From positions 6,572,001-6,636,000 of the forward strand of contig NC_043009.1 of the NCBI RefSeq assembly GCF_006345805.1: a stretch of DNA of 64,000 nt, read 5' to 3'. Origin of the DNA: Octopus sinensis (lineage: Eukaryota). How positions within the stretch are numbered: position 1 is the first letter of the stretch; each line of letters begins with the position of its first letter. A program made the position numbers and the translations under genes. The notes beneath the pieces are model-generated. The model was not told the DNA's origin. It saw only the letters and a program-made list of their open reading frames with translations, and ran no database searches. This document shows, piece after piece, positions 52,545 to 64,000 of this stretch.

Positions 52545-52871
52545 TATATGCTTTAATTAATCAGAAGGTCAATTCTCTGTTAATAAGTTCTGGACGAAAG
52601 GCTCGAGATGTCGTGGCTAGTAAAGTTAACATGTGACATCACCCGATAGAGCTGGCAGTTCACAACACCACTTTAGGTACCATTTTAGCTTTATACTGAT
52701 AAAAAAATAATAACTTTACCTGTTATCCATGTTGCGTAAGGCTTCTTCAAACCCAAGATCGCCACAGATTTATTGTATATGGACATCCAAACAATTTTGT
52801 ATAAAATTGTCAACTACATTATCCCAGTCGACAGTAATGCTATAATCATCATCGACAGCATCACGAGCACA

Positions 52872-52881
52872 ACTACTACTA

Positions 52882-52962
<81 letters not shown>

Positions 52963-52985
52963 TAATAATAATAATAATCATAATA

Positions 52986-53047
<62 letters not shown>

Positions 53048-53058
53048 GATGATGATGA

Positions 53059-53112
<54 letters not shown>

Positions 53113-53131
53113 CAGCAGCAGCAGCAGCAGC
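52872..53131. repeat. Compound (ACT)n(AAT)n(GAT)n(AGT)n(AGC)n
   Basis: Direct reading. Confidence 0.97.
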
Positions 53132-53681
53132 TGTAGCATGAGAATATAAATATAGATGCCGATAAATTGGAGACAATATAAGAAGATAAACCATAAAAAA
53201 TAAATGCATATTAAAAATGATATCGGAATAGAGAAAATAAAATGTGTTGGGGCAACAAAAAGTGCAAAGAAAATATAAACAACAGATCAATAACAACGTA
53301 ATAGTGTATCTTTCATTTGAGAAATACTAGCAAATAACTCTCTGAAAGATTTCTATGAGAAATACAATTAAGTAAACACCCCAGAAGTATAATAAACCAA
53401 TAAGTATAGGAAAATATGAAAAGATATTTGGAGGCCTGAAGGAAAACAAAATATTGAAATAAACTAACTCTGGAATATATATTCTTTTGGAAGAAAGTAA
53501 CAGAATTTCACTGACTGAAAGAAGGAAAAGAAATACTGAAAAATACATTGGTGTATATATAACAAAGCTGTGGCATTAGGTCGTAAAACATGAATGTCTG
53601 AATGACGTAGGCGACCGGAAATAGATCATTTATGCAACTGCCACACTTATTTCCAGGGAGACTATGGTATGAGTCTTAGAA

Positions 53682-53729
<48 letters not shown>

Positions 53730-54085
53730 CATATATATACATATATATATATATCAATTGAAATATGGTAAAAAAAAAAATAATAATAATAACAAAAAAA
53801 ACCCAAAGAAAAGCGAAAAATGAAGATTGAAATTGGTGAGAAGAATATGCTGAAAGAATATAAAGATTGAAAAAAGAAGGTCTTTTGCTAAGTTTTTGAG
53901 CTGTCAAAGAAAAACTGAAATTATAAAAAATGGCTGAATGGGATATGAATAAAATAGCAATAGATCACACACACACACACACACACATACATCTATCTAT
54001 ACATACATACATACATACATACATACATAAAGATATATAGACACACAGATATATATATACATATATATAATATATATATATATAT

Positions 54086-54132
<47 letters not shown>

Positions 54133-54540
54133 CGAGCACTTATATGATGAGAGAGAAAAGGGAGATAGAGAAGGGTTTTCGAATTCCAAGGTACAGTTAT
54201 GTAAGTATATATGCGTGTGAGTGTTCGCGCGCGCGCGTGTGTCACACGAATCGTGCAACATCCTGAGGCTGACAACCTTTAGCGAGCATTACAGTAATTG
54301 TAAAAAAAAATACACCACAAGATTTCAAAAGAGGATTACAACTTCAACCTAGACAAATGCTATGTCGAAAAACGTAGATAGAGATGAAATATAAATATAG
54401 AAACCGTGATAAAGATACATGGGATTTGTGAAACAAGATAGTTTGATGAAGAAGTAAATAATTCGAAACTGACCCATGAATAAACAGTGTAGCATTTACA
54501 TATTAACAATCATATCCCATGCTGGGATAGCGTAACTAGT

Positions 54541-54785
54541 GGAGGCCCGTGACTTAGTATTTATAGTGTTAAATTCGTGATCACAAGACTGAGGTTACGA
54601 TTCAGGAACGGACGATGCGATGTTTTGTCCTTAAAGAAAACACTTCATTTCACGTTGCTCCAGTCCACTCAGCTGACAAAAATGAGTAATCCTGCGACGG
54701 AACGGCGTTCCATCCAGGTAGGGAATACATACGCCATGAAACCAGGAAATCAGCCCTCATGAGTCGGTATGACCCGAAAAGGAAA
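54541..54785 (+). mobile_element. Family C SINE, degenerate
   Basis: Homologous to 7791-7990; 3' module shared with the family B tail. Confidence 0.7.
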
Positions 54786-55127
54786 TTTTTTTTTACCTTT
54801 TTTTTTCTTATGGTGTAACGGTATTTACAAAAGATTCTATCGACATATTTAAGAGAGATAACATCAGATAAACTACAAAGAGACCGGTTCAATTATTTCT
54901 GTTTAAAAAACATACGATTTTTTTTCAACGCCTTTTGTATCAGATGTGATAATATGTAGGTTAAATAGATGTAGTTCTCTTTTACGATGACTCATTGTTA
55001 AAATGGTGGAAATAAGAGAAGCATATGTACCGATGGGATAATCAAAGATGTCATTAGGAGATAGATCGTGGTGTTGCTAGCTTCAATTGATGCATATTCT
55101 TATGAGTGTTTCCCATATTCTTTTCTG

Positions 55128-55333
55128 CTGTAGGCACAAAGCCCGAACTTTTGGGGGAGAAGGCCAGTCGATTAGATCGACCCCAGAACGCAATTGGGAC
55201 TTAATTTATCGATCCCGAAAGGATGAAAGGCAAAGTCGACCCCGGCAGAATTTGAACCCAAAACCTAAAGATAAACGGAATACCGCTAAGCATTTCGCCC
55301 GACGTCCTAACGTTTCTGCCAGACCGCCGCCTT
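55128..55333 (-). mobile_element. Family A-type SINE with the alternative tail
   Basis: GATCCCGAAAGGATGAAAGGCAAAGTCGAC...CTAACGTTTCTGCCAG...CCGCCTT. Confidence 0.8.
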
Positions 55334-55454
55334 ACTGTTTTCCATATTGCCTGATTGAACTATGTTGCATTGTGCATGCGTTGATCATATAGAGCATGTC
55401 TTGTATTAGTAGTGTTTTATCTGTTAGATGTTGATATATAAAATTTCATCATCA

Positions 55455-55770
55455 TGTGGTAAGAAGCTTTCTTTCCAGCCATACAGTTCCGGGTTCAGTC
55501 TCACTGCGTGGCAACTTGGCCAAGTGTCTTCTACTATAGCCTCGGGCCGACCAAAGCCTTGTGAGTGGATTTGTGTCTGTGTTTGTTCCCCCCACGCACA
55601 TACACACCGCTTGACAGCCGATATTGGTGCGTATTTGTCCCCGAAACCAAGTGGTTTGGCGAAAGTGACCGATAGAATAAGTACTAGGCTTAGTCCCTGA
55701 GTAAATTTCTTCAATTAAATGCGGTGCTCCAGTATGGCTGCAGTCAAACGACTGAAACGTGTAAAAGATT
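55455..55770 (+). mobile_element. Family E SINE with internal deletion
   Basis: Both halves present. Confidence 0.85.
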
Positions 55771-57082
55771 AAAATAGTATAGAGGTAGAGAAAGAGAGAA
55801 AGTGGAATGGATGGAAAGGGCTGAAGAGATTTTTAAGGAAAGGAACCAGCTATTTTACGTCTTAGAAACTAATTGTGATAGGTAATATAATCATGAAATG
55901 AAGAAGTTGAAAAGAACATGAGATGCTGGTCCTCTTTCGCAGTATGTGTGTGCAGAGCGAATTCAAAACTTATCCGCGCTTTAGAGCTTCGTTTGAAAGA
56001 ACAGAAACGTCTGTAAGCAGGTGAATGATTCAAGAAACCCAACGCCTTGAGGTACGTAATGACAGATATTGCAGGCGTCGATAAAACACATGAAGAATAT
56101 ATACGTATTTTTTTAATATGTTAGGGATACGACAGAGGATTTTAGCAGAAAGACAAATAAAATGTGCAGACGAACGTAGTACAGTTATCGAGAAAAGAGC
56201 AGTGACCATCGTAACACCAAAGGGAGAATACTCCATTAATACTCATCACTTGTGAACATTTGAACTGTTGTTATCAGAACATTGTCCTGCTGCAACCAGC
56301 TGCCCTTGAATATCTTAAAGAATTCTGCAATAACTCGGTTTAAAATAGTAATTTATGAATCAATTATTTCATGAAGTTTTCACCAATTACATCTAATGAT
56401 ACAAGTTTATGTACTCTATTTCGTTTTTTAAAAGATCGTTTTACATAGAAAGGAAAGATATTAAATTTCAAATAACACAAATGTTAAGTGCTTTTCGAGT
56501 ATTACATGTAAACAGTAAAATTTCATTTCGCGACAGTTTTTCTTTTTTAACTTCCAAAGGAACATCATGAAATATGCAATAATTCGCTAGAAAAGTATAT
56601 GCAAATGTTTCCCAGCAGCAGTTTCAGTAAATTTTACCATATATCTTACCTTAAAATCAGAAGTAAACCAATGAAAATGCGTTATAAATCACTGGTTTAT
56701 TATTTTATTATATTCCTTGAAATAATTCAAACGGGAAACAAATACTTTTAGACATTTGAATAGAGAAACAAATTGATGCATTTGACACATCCGAGGGAAC
56801 CATTCTTATCAGCAATGTCCTTCATAACGCTTCAGTATAGAATTTCAGCTGCAAAGGTCTCTTTAAGAATATAGTACATATAGCTATCAGAAATTGGAAG
56901 CTGAGTGATACTTTAAATTTAGACGAAAGCCACTAGATGCACGGCGTATACATTGTTGTATTTGCATATTTATGTGAGCATAAATATTTGAGATACATAC
57001 GAGTATGTAGAACCAATTTCAAACCAGAAGGCTCTCGAATCATTGTTGTTACTACATTAGAAGTAATAATATTATAGTAGTG

Positions 57083-57289
57083 CAGTGGTTCCCAAACTAT
57101 GAGTCGCGACCCACAGATGGGTCGCGAACGGAATCTTCGTGGGTCGCAAAAAGTTATAAAATTACGCATTAGCTTTGATTAACTGCTGTCTATCGAGATA
57201 GTTCAAGACTTATGTTTTCAATAAGTGGGTCGTCATAAACTGGTGTGATAAATAGTGGGTCGCGAATCTAAAAAGTTTGGGAACCACTG
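57083..57289. mobile_element. hAT-superfamily MITE
   Basis: Perfect 16-bp TIR CAGTGGTTCCCAAACT, perfect 8-bp TSD TAGTAGTG (57075-57082 and 57290-57297), subterminal GGGTCG(C) repeats. Confidence 0.95.
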
Positions 57290-58420
57290 TAGTAGTGTAA
57301 ATATCACAGATATCAGAAAAATGCGTTTCCTGGTGCTTCGAGTGTTACAAGAACCGCAAGAACGTGGTTTTGATGCTGTGAGAGGACAATGCTTTTCTGA
57401 AGTGACATACATCGTTTCACGTAACCCCAGTTCAATCTGCAGTAAACTAACAATGCTTCGTTGGACTGATGCCTTGGGCAGGTACTATGTTGCAATTTCG
57501 GTCACCTATGCGCCAGAGAAGCAGGGTAACCTCCCATATGAGAACTGGGGCTCGAGACGGAACTTATTGACTTTATGACACGTAAAGGATTTTTTTTTAT
57601 TTTCATCTTTCATAAAGTATTTATCAGAATCTATAAGCATCGCATGTTCTCTGCAACAATAAAGTATCCTGGAAATTAACAAGTATTTCCAAGCTAACAT
57701 AATCCTAATATAGAATATTTTTTTACCTTATGTGAAGAATTTATGAGAATTGCATGTTCTCTGCTAGGATAAAGCATCATGGAAATTAACAAGTATTTCT
57801 AAGTTAAGATAATCCTGATATTGAATTTTTTGGTGAATAATGCCAATTACTGAAACATAGATAAAACTTTTTTTTTTCACTATCTTTTATTTCGCATTTT
57901 ATATTAATCTGCACGCAGATTTGAGTGCACTTTTCTTGCACACTTATTAGTTTCTCTCTGCTTCGTAGATTTTCTACTACTGTGCAGCTATTACATAGGA
58001 ACATTATTAAACACCTTTCGGAATATTAAAACTTATGTCACTTATTGTTTGTATATGTTGTTAAATACCAAAATGGACTTATTATCTGCGATTTCGTTTT
58101 CTGAAATATGCTCTGCTTTTTACATTTTTTCCTTAATTTTTAATATAAATATACTTAGCGACTGATATTGAATGTCGTAACCGAATTAATTTTAATATGG
58201 AAGATACACGGTAATTATATTTTTAGAAGATACATATATTGTTATGTTAACTTTGGTTTGGTTTTTAAAGTATTATGCAATATAAGGAAAAGCAGTATAG
58301 CTAAATGGTTCGATAATTTGTTTCGCAAGTAGGAAGTTCTGGCATTGATCCCACTGTATAACATATTGGGCAGATATTGTTTACTATAGCGTCGAGTCGA
58401 TTCATGCCTTATGAGTAACT

Positions 58421-58740
58421 AACTGGCTCTCCGTCGGTTACGACGACCAGGGTTCCATTTGATCCAATCAACAGAACAGCCGGCTCATGAAATTAACGTG
58501 CAAGTGGCTGAGTACTCCGCGCACACGTGTACACTTAACGTAGTTCTCAGGGAGATTCAGCGTGACACAGTATGACAAGGCTGGCAATCTGAAACACAAG
58601 TACTTCTTATTTTTGTCTGCTGAGTGGACTGCAGCAATGAGAAATAAAATGTCTTGCTCAAGAGCACAAATACATCGCCGGAAATTGAACTCAAGATCGC
58701 AAGGTCGAATACCCTAAACACTAAGCCACGCGCCTTCACT
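58421..58740 (-). mobile_element. Family D tRNA-like SINE
   Basis: Minus-strand head GGCGCGTGGCTTAGTG...GAGTTCAATTTCCGG with a CORE-like segment; recognised as an abundant Octopus repeat from recall. Confidence 0.7.
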
Positions 58741-58991
58741 ATATTATGAGTTAGCTTTCAGAAACTGTAAAAAGCCGCTCCGGTGAGTTTTGTACCTGTA
58801 ATTAAGAAGTAAAGTCTCGGCACACGTTGTCCCCCACTGATTCTATCAGAGAATTATTTTAATTTACACGTGCGAATTAAAATATTGTCCGATCAATCGG
58901 TTATGTTTTAATTCAGGAGGAGGTAATTCAGTCGATTCAGCACCAACACGATTCAAAATGTCCTCAGTATAGGGTGAGATTGTTTTGACAA

Positions 58992-59305
58992 GCGTGGTTG
59001 TGGGTAAGAAGCTTGCTTCCCAGCCACATGGTTCCGGTTTCAGTCCCACTGCGGGGCACCTTGGGCAAGTGTCTTCCACTTATAGCCTTGGGCCGACTTA
59101 AAGCTTGTGAGTGGATTTGGTAGACTAAAACTGGAAGAAGCACATTATGTATATATATATATATATATGGGGGGAGTGTGTAAGTATGTATGTATGTATG
59201 TATGTGTGTGTCCTTGTGTCGGTGCTTGTCCCTCCATCGCCACTTGACGACCGGTGTTGGTGTGTTTCAGTCCCCGTAAACCGATATAAGTACTAGGCTT
59301 AAAAA
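58992..59305 (+). mobile_element. Family E SINE, 3' truncated
   Basis: GGTAAGAAGCTTGCTTCCC...CACCTTGGGCAAGTGTCTTC, with internal microsatellite. Confidence 0.85.
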
Positions 59306-59371
59306 CATAACAATAATAATAATAACAAGAACAATAATAATAATAAACTACAAAATAAACCAAAAATTATA

Positions 59372-59594
59372 TATTTCTATACTACCCACAAGGGGCTAAA
59401 CACAGAGGGGACAAACAAGGACAGACATAGGTATTAAGTCGATTACATCGACCCCAGTGCGTAACTGGTACTTAATTTATCGATCCCGAAAGGATGAAAG
59501 GCAAAGTCGACCTCGGCGGAATTTGAACTCAGAACGTAACGGCAGACGAAATACGGCCACGCATTTCGCCCGGCGTGCTAATGTTTCTGCCAGT
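59372..59594 (-). mobile_element. Family A SINE monomer
   Basis: Reverse complement of 5601-5834. Confidence 0.9.
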
Positions 59595-60209
59595 ACAGTA
59601 TAGAATTCCGTGAAACACGGGCTGGTATGGCTGTTACCTGAATTGGCTAATTGTCTTAGGTGCTAATACAGTGTCGATGTGAAATAATCATATTTTTGGC
59701 ACCCTTCACTTTTGATTAGCAGAACATCCACGAACTGGGAGATGTAGAATGGAAGGGCTGCAACAGCACCCGGTAATTGTTGCTTAGTAATGCTCAAACT
59801 GAAATAGTGTGAAATGAAGTGCTTTGCTCTTGGATACAATACACCAGCTGGTCCAAGATGCGAAACAACGACCGCATGAACCGAATCTGCTAATCCCTTC
59901 ACTAAACACCTTCACAAAACAAAAATTAATACAATGTTATATTTGTGTGTTGAAATAGCTGATTTTAATTTTTATTGTTTTTTTTTCGATAGGGCCACCA
60001 TCAGTAAATATAAAGAATCTTCACTGACCAACGCATGCAAGTTCTCCCTCTTCATACCACCGATGCTCATCTAAAGGTAAAGATAATATCATGATATGCT
60101 ATAGTTTGGCACTAGTGCCGTCTCGGACGCTGTTGTCCAAATGTAAAAACATGAGTGGGGTACCATACGTCTTGCCGTACCCTCTAAGTTCCGCCAAACC
60201 AACTTCCGT

Positions 60210-60297
60210 AATTATTATTATTATTATTATCATTATTATTATTATTATTATCATTATTATTATCATTATTTTCATTATTATTATCATTATTATTATT

Positions 60298-60387
<90 letters not shown>
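60210..60387. repeat. (ATT)n(ATC)n(ATT)n
   Basis: Direct reading. Confidence 0.97.
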
Positions 60388-60389
60388 AT

Positions 60390-60652
60390 TAAGTGAGGGA
60401 GCAGTGCATGCCATCAAAGTGACACTGTGGTAAAATATATGAAGCCCAGTATGCCCATCATGACTACTAGGGGTACACTAGGCACATGCATCACAACCAT
60501 ATGTGTGCGACATCGTGATCTCATATCAAGATAAACAGCGCATGACCTTGCAGGTGGGGCCCAGTTAGAATTTTCTTCTGGTCGAGTAAACCATCCCGCT
60601 CAAAAGGTCCCCGAATAAGGGGTGTTTAAGGATGTTGAACGAAACACTATGT
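60390..60652. mobile_element. Dispersed repeat (SINE-like)
   Basis: Single copy here; recognised from recall as an Octopus repeat; sits between (ATT)n tracts. Confidence 0.45.
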
Positions 60653-61651
60653 TTATTACTATTATCATTATAATTTTATTATTATTATTACTATTATTAT
60701 TATTATTATTATTATTACTGTTGTTGTTGTAGTTGTTGTTATTATTGTTATTATTATTATTATTATTATTTCATCACATCCAAAATGATAGAAAGGTAAG
60801 GCAATCGCGGTAAAAGGTGAACTCGGAACACAGAGAGTCGGAAGACGTATTTTATCCACCATCACTAACAACTACGCCTGTTCGTGACTATCACTTTTGA
60901 ATAGTTATTCAATTACAGCATCTTCTTTGTTTATAAGAATAATTTGTTTCCACGTGATTTCGTGATTTCTATTCATACACAAAATGTATTCTGCCGATTC
61001 TGAAGATAATAGATCGATCAGTGCACTTTATGGAACATAATAAATTAAACTTAGATATTCATAAATCTCTTGTGATAGACTTCTGAGAAGTACAAGGCTA
61101 TTCAAACTGCAGATTACGTACGGCATAATGAAACAATAAAGTTATCTCTAAACATACATAATTTGAATGATCTAAATAATTGATATATAATTATATTAAT
61201 TAGAATATGTACTTATAAAATTAGTCTGTGTCATATCAGCGTCGGAAGGCATTTCATTTGTTTTTTTTTTTTTCTTTTTTGGAAACATGGTTGAATTTGA
61301 GTATCAGAGTTGAATTTAATAACTGATAGCAACAGTAATTGCATGTAGTTTATGGTAAAATAAGTGACAAAAATGTTTTTAAAAAATAGCAATCATTTCA
61401 TACAATAATAAAAATTTATTATTTACTCTAATTCCCCGGACTAGATTCGATGAAGAGATGAAAGACAAAGCCGATCCCGAAGGACCTGAATCTTCGTGGC
61501 TCTATCGATTCTCTCATCCATAAACTATATCGAACGACATGAACGGTTTTTAACGATGCCAAACAATGTAAGCAACTTTTCTGTATTTCACTTTGTTTAT
61601 GCGTGTGCGTGTATATTTATTTGTGCGTATGTGTGTGTGTGTGTGTGTGTG

Positions 61652-61692
<41 letters not shown>

Positions 61693-61782
61693 TGTATGTG
61701 TGCGTGAGAATTCACATGTTTGCAAGTTTTAGTTGAGAGCAGTATTACCAACGTTGAAAAGATCACAACAAAAGTACTAATA

Positions 61783-62200
61783 TATTTCTTTATTGCCCAC
61801 AAGGGGCTAAACACTGAGGGGACAAACAAGGATAGACGAACGGATTAAGAAGATTACATGTTTCCCAGTGCGTAACTGGTACTTATTTAATCGACCCCGA
61901 AAGGAGGAAAGGCAAAGTCGACCTCGGCGGAATTTGAACTCAGAACGTAAAGACAAACGAAATACTTATTTCTTTACTACCCACAAGGGGCTAAACATAG
62001 AGGGGACAAACAAGGACAGACAAACCGATTACGTCGATTATATCGACCCCAGTGCGTAACTGGTACTTAATGTATCGACCCCAAAAGGATGAAAGGCAAA
62101 GTAGACCTCGGCGGAATTTGAACTCAGAATGTAACGGCAGACGAAATACCGATAAACATTTAGCCCGGTGCGCTAACGTTTCTGCCACCGCGCCGCCTTT
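61783..62200 (-). mobile_element. Family A SINE head-to-tail dimer within one TSD
   Basis: Perfect 18-bp TSD ACAACAAAAGTACTAATA at 61765-61782 and 62201-62218. Confidence 0.93.
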
Positions 62201-62768
62201 ACAACAAAAGTACTAATAGAACACGAAGAACAATGATGTTTAAATGAACCACGAGAAGGCCAGGCATGTTAATAAGGACGCATTCGTTTATATGCATACA
62301 TATAATACTTGTTGTTGTTATTGTCATTCTTTTCTACAGTTGAACGTGTTATGGAAGTTCCATAAGTTCGTGTCTTGCTTTCCTTTCCAGTGTTGTATTT
62401 ACTGATTTTATGGATTTATCGTTTTATGAAGCTGGCCAGCCACTCTAAGGTCTACTCAGCCTCTTTTAATTCTTTCCCCAAGGAGAAAAATAGGCAAAGA
62501 AAAATGTTTTCACATCAAAGGAAAATATTTCACGGTTGGCCACAGTGTGCTTTAGGCTCGGTGGGTGATTTTGAAGGTGGAAGTATAGTTTGCAGTCAAC
62601 CATACAAACCAGAAAGATAAAACGGAGCAACAACAGTAGCAACAACAACAAAAATAAATAACTGTAGAAGAAATAACAGTAACTGCAACAACAACAAGAA
62701 CAGCAGCAGTGGCGACGAGGTGTGAAATGGAGCAGCAACACTAATAACGACGATGTATGAAGTGAAGC

Positions 62769-63085
62769 GTGGAGGTGCAATGGCCCTGTGGTTAGGACAG
62801 AGGACTCGCGGTCGGAAGATGACGGTTTCGATTCCCAGACCGGTTGTTGTGTGTGTTTATTGATCGAAAACATCCAAAGCCTCACGAGGTTCCGGCAGGG
62901 GTGGTGGCGATCACTTTTGTACTCTTTCGCTCCAACTTTCTCTCTCTCTCTCTTCCTGTTTCTTGAGTAACGCTGCGATGGACTTGCGTCCCGTGCAGCT
63001 GAGGGGGGAGACATGCGCCACAGAAACCGGGAAACCGGGACCATGAACCCGGCTAAGCTTGAAAAGGGTGCATAAATAAAAAAAA
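62769..63085 (+). mobile_element. Family B-type SINE, full length
   Basis: TGGCCCTGTGG, GGTTTCGATTCCCAGACC, A-rich tail. Confidence 0.87.
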
Positions 63086-64000
63086 TAATGAAGTGAAATA
63101 GTAGCAGCAGGAAAACCGTATCCATTGCAATAATTTATTTGCAAAAATGTAAGGACTAAATATATTAGCCGCAATGGTTCAACTCCCGCCACACCATTAA
63201 TAATCAATTATAAGTGCAGCTACAGTATATTTAGCCACAGTAGGACCACGTCATTTGCTGTTATTTCAAAATCACTTGATTTAGTCACACTGGACAAGAA
63301 ATGAAAGTACCACAATATTGAAGAAACACAACGACAAACAGCAGACTAGGTGGGAAGGGTTTCAATCACGATAACATTGGATATGCAAACATTTTAATTT
63401 TTTCATTTTTATATAATTTCATCTTATTTATATTCGTTTTATGCTTTTTGTCCCCACTGTGGTCCTGTCTCTCCTTGTGGAGTCTCCTCTGTGTTCGGGC
63501 TTTATGCCTAATAAAGAAACAGATAACATAGGATATCTTACAGCAAAGAGATCGAAGAGCCCGAGTATACAGATGCTCACCATTGAAGTGAGTCTCCGAT
63601 ATGTTGTATATGAGTGAATTTTCAGTTGGAAACCCTGGCTCAGAAGCATGGTACTATTCAACGTAGACCTGAGGAAATTACGCTGCAGCCATTTTACTCA
63701 GAAATAGGAAAGATCATGTAAACTTAAGAACACACAACCAGAACTAACTGTTGATCGATGGTGAATTTTGTTGTAATGGATGACACCAGAACTCTACGTG
63801 AAAAAAGAGGACTGGGACGTGTTGAAAGATCTTTATTTAGGTGAAACTTGTGATACTTGACAGTATTCCAGTCCTAATGAATATCCCTAAAGGGTCATTA
63901 ACTGCACAGGGTTGCAGAGGACAACAGACAAAGATGTTACAATTGTTTCAACACTTAGCACTTAAGGCCTTCTATCATGAAAGCCACTCAATTTCCCATT

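Noticed and set aside
55821-55850. CTGAAGA...GAAA
   Set aside because: No stem II and no UH site in register.
57641-57830. ~110-bp-period diverged tandem pair
   Set aside because: Ordinary old local duplication with no structure or element termini.

Overview
This is AT-rich, microsatellite-dense eukaryotic DNA. The SINE families look like those of a cephalopod (Octopus), an inference from recalled repeat sequences. No host protein-coding gene, tRNA, rRNA or CRISPR array can be supported: the long ORFs are microsatellite translations or transposon relics. The window is a transposon mosaic with several tRNA-derived SINE families (labelled A-E here; some with 10-25 bp TSDs), a Tc1-like element with DD36E-type spacing, mariner/hAT/pogo-like MITEs, three non-autonomous Helitrons and four Penelope-like (PLE) RT/GIY-YIG relics. 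The main hidden structure is a set of type I hammerhead ribozyme (HHR) folds in four sequence families. (i) A near-canonical HHR lies in a 323-bp-period tandem at 50198-50710, a retrozyme-like locus. (ii) A canonical-core HHR lies at the far 3' end of a minus-strand PLE whose last ~1.1 kb is copied in inverted orientation at its 5' truncation point (15700-21346). (iii, iv) Two families of core-variant minimal HHR motifs occur, one inside a second inverted repeat and one in four copies including a ~485-bp tandem. All three long inverted duplications contain or abut an HHR-type end. Some of these duplications could be long-read assembly artefacts and need read-level checks.
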